DNA of 21,700 bases from Planctomycetota bacterium (GTDB taxonomy: Bacteria; Planctomycetota; SZUA-567; H5-PLA8), in NCBI GenBank assembly GCA_038227875.1, contig JBBRPR010000095.1, forward strand, positions 1 to 21,700, given 5' to 3'. Below, in pieces: positions 1-8,900 of this stretch. Made by a program: the position numbers and the translations under genes. Position 1 is the first letter of the stretch; each line of letters starts with the position of its first letter. Under the pieces are notes generated by a model, which saw only the letters and a list, made by a program, of their open reading frames with translations, did not search any database and was not told the DNA's origin.

Positions 1-112
1 CCTTGCCCAATTTCCACATCGCCGCGTCACCCGTGCCAAACGTTTCCACCGAACACAACGCCAGCCCCAGCACGTCCAGCACCTGCGGATCGTCGTAGCG
101 AGCGATGAGCAT
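1..112 (-). CDS. Possible 5' part of a CDS running off the left edge (MLIARYDDPQVLDVLGLALCSVETFGTGDAAMWKLGK...)
   Basis: Open minus-strand frame from ATG at 112 to the window edge with GC3-rich codons. No recognisable motif, start uncertain. Confidence 0.35.
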   Translation of the reverse strand, partial: MLIARYDDPQVLDVLGLALCSVETFGTGDAAMWKLGK

Positions 113-150
113 GCCGTCGCCCGGTAGCCCCCGGTGTAACGACCTGCCGG

Positions 151-732
151 ATGTCTGAATCAAGTGGGCTCAATGAAGTGGACGCCGGCGAAACTGTCGG
201 CGGACAACTTCGACAATACGACTTTTCACCTCAGCCGCGACATTACGTCACTCGACCCAACGATGCCCGGGCAAACATTCTCGCTTCTACACGAAAATCA
301 GCGGCGTCGCCCTCGATTCATGCAACATGCAGGCTAGGGCTGCCTGCCGTGAAGAAGTTTTTTGCCAGCGACGGTTCCCTCATCCCCAACGCAGGCGATC
401 CGCCGTTCGACAAAGCCAGCCCCGCCACTGTCCTGACCGAAGCCCTCATCGTCGCATCGAGGCACCACCGCAACGACGTGATCGCGTATCTCCTTGATCG
501 GGGCGCGCCCGTGAACGGCCGCACAACCTCAGCTCCGAATCACGCCACCGCCTTGCACGACGCCGCACTCAACGGCTTCGCCGATACCGTGAAACTCTTG
601 TTGAATCGAGGGGCTGATCCCACCCTCACCGACGATCAGTTCAAGTCAACCCCCGCAGGTTGGGCGAAGCACCACAATCACGCGGAAGTGGCAAACGTGT
701 TGGAGACGGCAATGGGGAAGTCGCCACCTTAG
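151..732 (+). CDS. Ankyrin-repeat protein, possibly an N-terminally truncated remnant
   Basis: Ankyrin motifs: EALIVASRHHRNDVIAYLLDRGAPVN, TALHDAALNGFADTVKLLLNRGADPT, TPAGWAKHHNHAEVANVL. The first ~60 codons look non-protein-like and there is no clear RBS. Confidence 0.75.
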   Translation: MSESSGLNEVDAGETVGGQLRQYDFSPQPRHYVTRPNDARANILASTRKSAASPSIHATCRLGLPAVKKFFASDGSLIPNAGDPPFDKASPATVLTEALIVASRHHRNDVIAYLLDRGAPVNGRTTSAPNHATALHDAALNGFADTVKLLLNRGADPTLTDDQFKSTPAGWAKHHNHAEVANVLETAMGKSPP

Positions 733-1050
733 TCGGCGCAGAGAATATGGGGCCAGCGCTGGCGGTCTGTTCGACTGACAGCACTCCGTATCTAACAGCC
801 ATGGTGGGTCGTGCGCAATTTGAGTGGGCTTGCTGGCGGGTTTACGGGCACGCCGTTCATGCAATTAACGTTGCAGTTCATGCCGTTGCTTGCCACCACT
901 TTTGAGTGGTGGTCAGGCTCTTGTGATGTCCCATCCAGCTTTCCGGCTGTTGCTTCAGGACTTCAACCAAGGCATTGCAAACACTTGGACTCCGGTGACA
1001 CCAATATCGATCTTCGTGGCAACTCGTAGCACGAAACTAATATAACGTAA

Positions 1051-1167
1051 CAACCGCTCATTCCTGCTCATTTACGCTCAAACCCGCTCATTCCTGCTCA
1101 AACACGCTCATTTCAGCTCATTCGCTATCATTCGCGCTCATTCCTGCTCATTTTAGCTCATTCGCTA
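1051..1167. repeat. Tandem array of 10-bp units, consensus NNNNNGCTCA (often TTCCTGCTCA)
   Basis: Units read directly: caaccgctca, ttcctgctca, tttacgctca, aacccgctca, ttcctgctca, aacacgctca, tttcagctca, ttcgctatca, ttcgcgctca, ttcctgctca, ttttagctca, then partial ttcgcta. Exact 10-bp period. Confidence 0.95.
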
Positions 1168-1175
1168 GATTTCCC

Positions 1176-1400
1176 TTGATTTTCGGGATCAATCACCGCT
1201 TATATATAAGGAGACTTTCACGCCGCGAACCGAGTCAGCCGAACCTATGCAGCCCATGGAATATGCACAATGGAAAAAGATTCGCGATATTCACACAACT
1301 CCTTATTTGACGAAAAATAATTTAAGTTTTCACACAAAGTTTAAAGATGTTATCTGACTTTTTAGTTTCTCGACCGCATAGATATAATAGGAAAATCGCC
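1176..1400. promoter_or_regulatory. AT-rich non-coding tract with palindromes and a possible -10 box
   Basis: TTGAT-N7-ATCAA (1176-1192), perfect palindrome CTTATATATAAG (1199-1210), TTCACACAA twice (~1290, ~1329), TATAAT at 1383-1388 without a good -35. Much lower GC than the flanking genes. Confidence 0.45.
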
Positions 1401-1565
1401 TAGTTGCACTGATCCACGTTCGAACCTCTTCGTCCGAATCCCAAGCCCCCAAAACGCGTCCCCAGACGCCCCTGAGCGCCTCCAAACCTCAAACCCGATC
1501 CAATTCCCAATCCGTTATCTGACACACGCACAGCCCCACAGAACTCAAATTTGGAGCCCTCCCAT

Positions 1566-1611
1566 CATGCCGTTCTTTGCGCCCTTCGCGGCTTCGCGCT
1601 TTTGCGTGAGA
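1566..1611 (-). repeat. Dispersed short intergenic repeat (CGCAAAG/CGCGAAG octamer type), copy 1
   Basis: Reverse complement reads tctcacgcaaaagcgcgaagccgcgaagggcgcaaagaacggcatg and matches 10599-10635, including the exact tail cgcaaagaacggcatg. Confidence 0.8.
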
Positions 1612-1694
1612 AAACACGAACCCGTGAACGCACCCACGACCCGTGCACCCCCGCGACGCATGTAGAGGCACCGATGAGACAGCCCCCAGTCCAT

Positions 1695-1722
1695 GTAACA
1701 TTTGGTAACATTCCGTAACATT
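1695..1722. repeat. Three GTAACATT direct repeats at 10-bp period
   Basis: ccatGTAACATTtgGTAACATTccGTAACATTgc. Confidence 0.9.
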
Positions 1723-1780
1723 GCACCAAGAGAGCACCCAATCATGACCATGCCATTCCCCCGCGCAACGCACCCCCATC

Positions 1781-1812
1781 CAATCCGCAATCCGCAATCC
1801 GAAATCCGCAAT
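1781..1812. repeat. Heptamer tandem repeat (CAATCCG)n
   Basis: caatccg caatccg caatccg aaatccg caat. Confidence 0.9.
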
Positions 1813-1901
1813 GCCGTCCGATTGACGTCCCACCTTTTTCGGGTACTTTATCCCCTCTCGTTTGCCCAACATGTTCAAGGCACTTGCCTTGAGGAGGCCG
1901 C

Positions 1902-3539
1902 ATGCAACGCACGATGACGTGGTTGTTCGTGATCGCATGTGCCTTCATGGCCGCAACTCACGCCGAGACCGCGCCCGCAGCCTGGGACGGCAAAGAAAAC
2001 CTCGACGACTACGCCAAACGCGTCCACCTGGAGCGCGAACTGGTCCTCGAATCCAACGGCGCCAAGTTCCCGCTCGTATTGGTCCCCGCCGGCGAATTCC
2101 AGATGGGCTCGACCACGGGAGACGGCGACGAAGTCCCCGTCCACGCGGTCCGGATCACCAAACCCTTCTACATCGGAAAATACCCCGTCAGCGTCGGCGC
2201 CTTCAAAGCCTTCGCGACCGCGGCGGCCTACAAGACCGGCCCCGAACGCCGCGGCAAAGGCTGGACCATCGCCGACCGCGACTGGCGCGAAGCTCCCGGA
2301 GCGTCTTGGAAGTCGCCGGGCTTCGAACAGACCGACGACCACCCGGTCGTGCTGGTCGATTGGTCCGATGCCCGAGCCTGCTGCGCGTGGCTGGCCAAGA
2401 CCACCGGCAAGGAAGTGCGCATCCCCTGCGAAGCCGAATGGGAATACGCCGCCCGCGGCCCGGCCGCGCTCAAATTTCCCTGGGGCAACGAGTGGGATGG
2501 CACCAAGGCCAATCACTCCGATCAGGCGCTGAAGAAAAGCGCGCTCGGCAACCCCATCTGGCCCGCTTCGAAGGACGACGACGGCTCCGTCTTCACCTCC
2601 AAAAACGGCACCTACGCTAACGCGAGCTGGTGCGGAGCCTTCGACATGGTCGGCAACGTCTGGAACTGGAACCGCGATCTCTACGTCGAACGCTACTACG
2701 AAAAGTCGCCCACTGACGACCCGCCTGGCCCGGCCGAAGGCACCGAAACGCGCCGCAACGCGCGCGGCGGCTCGTGGAGTCTCGGCGCAGGCGGTTGCCG
2801 CGGCGCCAACCGCTTCGGCTTCATGCCCTATTATGCCAGCACCACCGTCGGCTTCCGCATCGCGTACTACCCCGGTGAGGCCCCCGCCGCGCAGGCCGAA
2901 GTCGTGATCCTCCCCGACGCGCCGGAGCTCGTCGCCGCTCCGTCCGCCGACGCCGCGACGCGCGAGAAGAATTCCAAGCTCGCCGCCGAAAGCGCCGCCA
3001 ACGCCATCCAGACCAACACCGCCGCGAAGAAAACCGACTCCGCCTGGCTGGGAAAGACGCTCCCCGTCACGCGCTTTCTCGACTCCTCTGGCGGGCTGGC
3101 CGATCTCGCCGAATACCAGGACAAGAAGAACATCGTCCTGCTCGTGATGAAAGGCTTCTGGAGCCAGGGCATCTGCGTCTACTGCACGCGCCAGGCCTCC
3201 GACCTCAGCAAACGCATCGACGAAATCCGCAAGCTCGACGGCGAAGTTCTGATGATCTACCCCGGCAGCCAGGAGCACATCAACGCCTTCGTCAAGACCG
3301 TCCGCCAGTACGAAAAAAGCGCCTCGGCCGAATACGCGCTGCCCTTCAAAATCCTGATGGATGTCAGCGCCGATGCCGTGCGCGCCCTGAATGTCACCGG
3401 CGACCTCGCGCAGCCGACGACGATGATCCTCGATAAGAAGGGCATCGTCCGCTACCAGATGACCGGCAAGGTCACCTCCGACCGCCCCTCCGTCGACACG
3501 ATTATCGCCGAGCTGCAAAAACTGAAAGCCGCGCCATGA
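1902..3539 (+). CDS. Secreted FGE-sulfatase (SUMF1/EgtB/PvdO-like) domain protein fused to a C-terminal AhpC/TSA redoxin domain
   Basis: RBS GAGGAGG; signal peptide (WLFVIACAFMAATHA-E); FGE motifs VPAGEFQMGS, PVHAVRITKPFYIGKYPV, HPVVLVDWSDA, PCEAEWEYAARG, FDMVGNVWNW, RGGSW...GFR; C-terminal thioredoxin fold with CVYC and PTTMILDKKGIVRY. Confidence 0.9.
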   Translation: MQRTMTWLFVIACAFMAATHAETAPAAWDGKENLDDYAKRVHLERELVLESNGAKFPLVLVPAGEFQMGSTTGDGDEVPVHAVRITKPFYIGKYPVSVGAFKAFATAAAYKTGPERRGKGWTIADRDWREAPGASWKSPGFEQTDDHPVVLVDWSDARACCAWLAKTTGKEVRIPCEAEWEYAARGPAALKFPWGNEWDGTKANHSDQALKKSALGNPIWPASKDDDGSVFTSKNGTYANASWCGAFDMVGNVWNWNRDLYVERYYEKSPTDDPPGPAEGTETRRNARGGSWSLGAGGCRGANRFGFMPYYASTTVGFRIAYYPGEAPAAQAEVVILPDAPELVAAPSADAATREKNSKLAAESAANAIQTNTAAKKTDSAWLGKTLPVTRFLDSSGGLADLAEYQDKKNIVLLVMKGFWSQGICVYCTRQASDLSKRIDEIRKLDGEVLMIYPGSQEHINAFVKTVRQYEKSASAEYALPFKILMDVSADAVRALNVTGDLAQPTTMILDKKGIVRYQMTGKVTSDRPSVDTIIAELQKLKAAP

Positions 3540-5302
3540 GTTCCACTCACTCAAATCCATCTCCTTCCGACCCGGTCCCGCGGCCGTCCGGCCCAGTCGT
3601 CGGCACGCAATCGCGCTCCCTGGGCCTGCCCTTCCCGGAGATCCCCAATTTCAAAATCGAATCGCGACTCGGTGAAGGCGGCATGGGCACCGTCTACAAA
3701 GCCACGCAGATTTCGCTCAACCGCAAAGTCGCCGTGAAGACCATCAACAAGAACCTCAGCGATGACCCCGTCGTCCGTGAGCGCCTCAAACGCGAGGCAC
3801 AGATTCTTGGCCAGATTCAGCACGCCAACGTGGTCTCCTGCTTCGACTGCGGCGAATGCGGCGACCTGATCTACGTCGTGATGGAGTTCGTCGAAGGCGA
3901 GGACCTCGGATCGCTCCTCAAGCGCCGCGGCCATCTGCCCTGGCGCGAAGCCGTCCACATTCTCAAGCAGGCCGTGCTCGGCCTGGACTACGCCAGCGCC
4001 GTCGGCGTGATCCACCGTGACATTAAACCGGAGAACATCCTGCTCACCAAGCCGCCTGCGAAACAGACGGTGATCGTCGGCGCAACCAGTGTGGTCAAGA
4101 TCGTCGACCTCGGGCTGGCGGTTTCCTACTCCGTCGAAAGCGAAGAGAAGCAGCGCCTGACGCGCGCCGGCACGGTTCTCGGCAGTCCGCACTACATGTC
4201 GCCGGAGCAGCTCGGCGGCGACATCGAACTCGACCTCCGCGCCGACATCTACTCGCTGGGCATCATGATGTACCAGGTCGTCTCCGGCGTGCTTCCATTC
4301 GCCGCCGGGACGGTGACCGGCGTCTTGAGCAAGAAGCTCAGCGAAACGCTCCCCGACCCGCGCACGCACCGCGGCGAGCTCCCCGTCGGATTCTGCCAGA
4401 TCCTGCAGAAAATGACCGCGCGCAAACGGGAAAGCCGCTACGCCAGCTACGGCGAATTGCAGCAGGATCTCATCGCCCTTGAGCGCGGTGACCGCGTCGC
4501 CGCCGCCTCGGGCACCGACTACGCCTCCGTCGACGTCATGCGCTCGCTGCCCGAAAACAACCCCGTGCCCGAACACCCGCACTCCGCCGGTCCTTGGAAG
4601 TTTCTGGCCGTCGGCGCCGCCATCCTTGCGGTCGGCGCGCTCAGCTACTACTTCTCGCTGACGACGCCGGTGCTTCCTCCAACCGGTACGTCGACCGCCA
4701 AGAGCGTGATCGCTCTCGAGCCCCCGAAGACGCCCGCGGTTCCCTTCACCGCGCCCCTCAACCTGATCGAAGCGAAAAGCACGCGCGGCTGGACCTACGC
4801 GGGACCGGATGTCGGCTTTGGATTCCAGGATGAGGAACTCTTCCTGCAGTCCGTCGGCAATGAGAAGAGTTGGGTGATCGCCGAGCGCCCGCTGCCGTCG
4901 AATGAATTTAAACTCAACGCCGTGGCGGTCATCCCGGCCAATGCCGAACACTGCGAGCTCCAAACCTGCTTCGGCACGAACTCGTATCTGGCCTTCGGCA
5001 TTCGCCAGCCCAACGGAGCAAAGACGACGTCCGTCTACCTTGAACTTCGTGCCACCGACACCCACGCCGTTCAAAAACTGCTGGTCGAGAAAAACAATCT
5101 CCCCGCCGACGCGCCGCAGAATCTCACGCTGCAAGTCTGGGACGGCCAAGCCGCCGCGATGCTCGGAGGCGTACCTTTCTACTGCGCCGATATCCCCGCC
5201 GACGCCCTTGCTTCACAAAAATTGCGCATCGCCGTCCAAAATGGCATCGGTCAATTCCGCGAGCTTATGGCCTCGCCCCGTCCCACCGAAAAGCCGCACT
5301 AA
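3536..5302 (+). CDS. Hanks-type Ser/Thr protein kinase with a transmembrane segment and extracytoplasmic domain
   Basis: LGEGGMGTVY, VAVK, HRDIKPEN, DLG, GSPHYMSPEQ, DIYSLG; TM segment WKFLAVGAAILAVGALSYYF; ATGA overlap with the upstream stop. Confidence 0.95.
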   Translation: MSSTHSNPSPSDPVPRPSGPVVGTQSRSLGLPFPEIPNFKIESRLGEGGMGTVYKATQISLNRKVAVKTINKNLSDDPVVRERLKREAQILGQIQHANVVSCFDCGECGDLIYVVMEFVEGEDLGSLLKRRGHLPWREAVHILKQAVLGLDYASAVGVIHRDIKPENILLTKPPAKQTVIVGATSVVKIVDLGLAVSYSVESEEKQRLTRAGTVLGSPHYMSPEQLGGDIELDLRADIYSLGIMMYQVVSGVLPFAAGTVTGVLSKKLSETLPDPRTHRGELPVGFCQILQKMTARKRESRYASYGELQQDLIALERGDRVAAASGTDYASVDVMRSLPENNPVPEHPHSAGPWKFLAVGAAILAVGALSYYFSLTTPVLPPTGTSTAKSVIALEPPKTPAVPFTAPLNLIEAKSTRGWTYAGPDVGFGFQDEELFLQSVGNEKSWVIAERPLPSNEFKLNAVAVIPANAEHCELQTCFGTNSYLAFGIRQPNGAKTTSVYLELRATDTHAVQKLLVEKNNLPADAPQNLTLQVWDGQAAAMLGGVPFYCADIPADALASQKLRIAVQNGIGQFRELMASPRPTEKPH

Positions 5303-5313
5303 GAGTAAACCCA

Positions 5314-5973
5314 ATGTTCCAACTCGATCCCAAATGCATCGCCGTCCGGACGCGCTACGCCGCATCGCCGCGCGTTCCCGGCCTGTTCGAATCCCTCGCG
5401 CGTGGCACGCTCGGCTTCACCGTCGTCAGTGTCGCCGGATTCGTGCCGTGGGCGCTGGGCGAATCGTGGCTCTTCCACCGCGTCGGCGAAGCTGGTCTCT
5501 ACGCCTGCTGCGCGCTGGTCTTCATCGTGCTCAGCGGCGCGCTGCTCCACAAACTCATCATCGGCCCGGAAACGCTGCTGCGCTTCTACCAGGTCTTCAG
5601 TCCGGCGTTCATGATCTACTCCGTCGCCTGGATCGCCGGCTGGATGCTCCTGCGCGGCGACAAAGGCGGCCTCGTGGGTCTCGCGGCCGGAGCCCTGCTC
5701 TTCAGTGCCATCCTGGCCCACGTCTTCGTCGCTCGCCGCGTAACACCGCTGATTGCATTCGTGCTATTCATCACCAACGCCGCCGGCTACTTCGGCGGCG
5801 GCTGGGTCGAACGCGCAATCGGCAGTGCGCACATGACCGTCGCGATGCTCTCCTGGGGCGTCTGTTACGGTCTGGGTTTCGGAGCCGGCTTGGGCTTCGC
5901 GTTCTACACCTGCCAGGCCGAAGCCCGCCGCTTGCTCAACGAGCCGGCGCTGTCCACTAACCTCACTCCATAA
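5314..5973 (+). CDS. Multi-pass membrane protein of unknown function
   Basis: About six hydrophobic segments, GC3-rich codons, starts 11 bp after the kinase stop. Confidence 0.8.
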   Translation: MFQLDPKCIAVRTRYAASPRVPGLFESLARGTLGFTVVSVAGFVPWALGESWLFHRVGEAGLYACCALVFIVLSGALLHKLIIGPETLLRFYQVFSPAFMIYSVAWIAGWMLLRGDKGGLVGLAAGALLFSAILAHVFVARRVTPLIAFVLFITNAAGYFGGGWVERAIGSAHMTVAMLSWGVCYGLGFGAGLGFAFYTCQAEARRLLNEPALSTNLTP

Positions 5974-5982
5974 GAAAGGAGG

Positions 5983-8900
5983 TCACTGCGCATCCCATTC
6001 GTACTGCGATGCGCCATTTAGCGGGACGCTCCACCAATCGCCATGAACAACCGGTTGTACCGTGGCTTCCGTTCCGCCGCTGCACCGAATGGTTTTCGGC
6101 GGAGCAAACTTCGCGACGCTGTACTCCAATTGAAACCGGCGCGACGCCGGCATCACGAAGAGCTTCCACACCGCGCCTTCCTTGCGCAACAACGCACTGC
6201 CATCCGTGCGCACGGAACCAAAATCGACAACCTTGCCGGCAATGTTCAATCGTGTGGAAATCTGCGACTCCGGAACCTTCTCGATTTCAAACACCGGCTT
6301 CGCGCCCTCGCGAAGATGCAACGTTCCCAGCGCGATCCGATTTTCACCCGCATCCGCACCCTGCATGCGAATCCGTGAGCCGTCCTCTTTGGAATACAGC
6401 CCAATCGTCCAACGGTAGTCGCCGGCCTTCAGTCCACTTACATTCAAGGAGTACGGCCCGTCCTTGATCTCCTCACGCGCTTTCCATTGAGTCGTCGACG
6501 TCGGCAGCGCGTGATCCTGCTGCAATACTATCTGCCCCTTCTTCTCGCCCTCGGTGCCCAGGATATGAACAAAGCAAGCCATTTCCCGCAACTCGGTCTC
6601 GTTCACCGACCAGCGGTACGAAAAGTTGACCGCGCCCGGCGTCTTCGCGTCTGGTGTGAAATTCTCCAACACGGGAAGGATGTGCTTGGCGTTCGTCAGA
6701 TTCCAATCCAGCGCATTCCGCGCGTTTGCGAATATGGACTCCGGCGTCGCCGCGAAATCGCAGATCACGCCCTCGCGCATGGCCGTGTACGCGGTGACTC
6801 CCGCGCCCTCCGCCGCCCAGCCAAATTGCGGCAGCACGTTTGCTCCAGCTTTCAATTCCGTCGCTGCGCCGTTGGCGGTCAACACCAGGCCATTGCCGTA
6901 CGTGACGCGCACGCGATTCCATTGATTCGCCTTCGCTGCCGCCGTGGAATCCCGCCACGTGCCGTCGACCTCGTACTCGATCTTCGCCGCCTTCTCGGTG
7001 CCGTAACGCCGGGCCACCGGAGTAGTGAGATGATGTTCAAGCCACGCGAGCTGCGGCGTGGTGTAGAAGCGGCTGGCCAGCAGACCGGCGTGACCAAAAA
7101 TCAGTTCCTGCATGCGGTATTGATCGAGGTCCGTGAGCATGCCGTCGGGGCCGCGATCTTCCGCGATCCAGCGCTCGAAATAGCCCATGCCATGATTGCA
7201 CTGCAGCGGATGAATTTTCAGCAGATCGAAATCGACACAGAGCGGCACGTCGCGTCCGCGGTTGTTGTCCCAACCAGCCTTCAGTTCGGCCTCAACGCCG
7301 TCGAGACATCCCGACCAGAACCAATGATTTCCGCCCTCGCCAAAAACGGGACCGTCGTGCGTCTGCCGCTCCATCGCCCAGAGCGCGCGGTGCGTGTCCC
7401 ACGTGCTCTTGAACATGCCCGTGTCGCTTTCGCCGGGGCGGTGATCGACATGAAACCACGGCGGCACCGACGAATTTACGTCCAGGAACATCGCACTGGT
7501 GCCGAAGCGCGCGTGGATCTCCGGCGACTGCGTCTTTGCCAGCCGCAGCATCGCGCTGGGCCGCACGGCGAACGACTGCATTTTTGTGCCTTCGTTGTAC
7601 CAGGCCGTTATCCGTTTTCCCGCGGAGTCGAAGGCGATGTCCTGCTCGTCGAACTTTTCGCAGTTCGTGTAGTAGTCGACGTAATTCTCATGCAGCCCGA
7701 TCACGTAGCCCAGTTTTCGCGCCGTCGCGGTCAGTGTTTTCATCGCCTCATCGCCGCCCAGCTTTGTGTTGGCGGGCAGATGCGTCGGCAGACCGTTGTC
7801 GTAGCCGGAATTCTGCCAATCATGGATCAACACAATGCAGTCGCTGAGGCCCATTGCGTGAAGCTGTTCGAGCTTCTTCGCGATCTCCGCGTACTTGCCG
7901 CCCCAGACATCGACCACCAGCTTCCCACTCACCGCGCTCAATTTGGGCGACGGCGCGTTGGGAATGTTGGGCAGCACTTCATCGAGATTCCAGGCCACGG
8001 AGTATGCGGCGCGCTCCTGCAGCGGCCGGCGCGAACCGTCGGTCAGCGCATCGTAATGAGCCTGCATCCCGTCGTGGGCGCTTGCCGTCGACGCCGTCCA
8101 ATCCAGCTGCGAGCTGACGAACAAATTGTCGCTTGGCAGGTACTCGACAGACATGCTCGAAAGATACGGCACCACGATCCGGCGGCTGCGCAGCATCGGT
8201 CCCCAGTGTCCGGCGTCGAAGCGCGTGATCACCGGCTTGTCGCACGAAAATTCGACCTGCAGCGTCTTACCGGAAATCTTTCCCACCATCCGCACCACCG
8301 CGGGTTGTCCGCCCACCGAGTACGTGCTCACGCAGGTCGCGCTGTCGTCGGTGTGTTCCCAGCGGCTGCTCTGCCACTCGGCCTTGCCTGTCCATTCAAT
8401 CGTTACATCGCGTGCGAAATTCAGTTCGATCGGCTTTCCATCGCCTTTGAGCGGCAACACCTGAACCGTCAACTCGCCGAGCAGCGGATCGCTGCCGCTC
8501 TTCGGCAACTCCCAGCGGTAGCCGAACGCGCCATCGCTGCCGCTGTACTTCAATGTCGCCACGGAGTCGGCGATACTCACCGTCGTTTTTCCCGCGAACG
8601 CATTCGGCGGCGCAACGGATCCATTTGCGGTGGACGTCAACTGTGCCAGATCGGGAGCAGGCGCCGCGACGGTGTCGGTGGCCGCGGATTTGAAGCCCTT
8701 CACCACCAATGTGCGATTGCCCCAGACCGAAAAATCGAAACTGGCATTGTCCTGCGGGCCGGGATCGGTCTCGAAGCGGATTACGCCGCGCTTACCCGCG
8801 TAGGCGTTGAGATTGAATTCAAAATCCTTCCACTGCGTGTCGGTGCGATGGACGTCGAGCAGCTTTGTGCCATTCACGAAGACACGGAACGTGACGCCAT

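Noticed and set aside
1051..1167. CRISPR array or coding repeat interpretation
   Set aside because: Units are only 10 bp with no spacers or cas genes, and the period is not a multiple of 3.
1280..1400. Chromosomal oriC
   Set aside because: No perfect TTATCCACA DnaA boxes seen and no dnaA/dnaN/gidA context.
1489..1948. Short ORFs across the repeat-rich intergenic region
   Set aside because: Their translations merely reflect the heptamer and octamer repeats (for example IADFGLRIAD), with no RBS or coding-like codon bias.
1875..5149. Long minus-strand ORFs (561 aa and 532 aa)
   Set aside because: Shadows of the FGE fusion and kinase genes, which carry the clear motifs.
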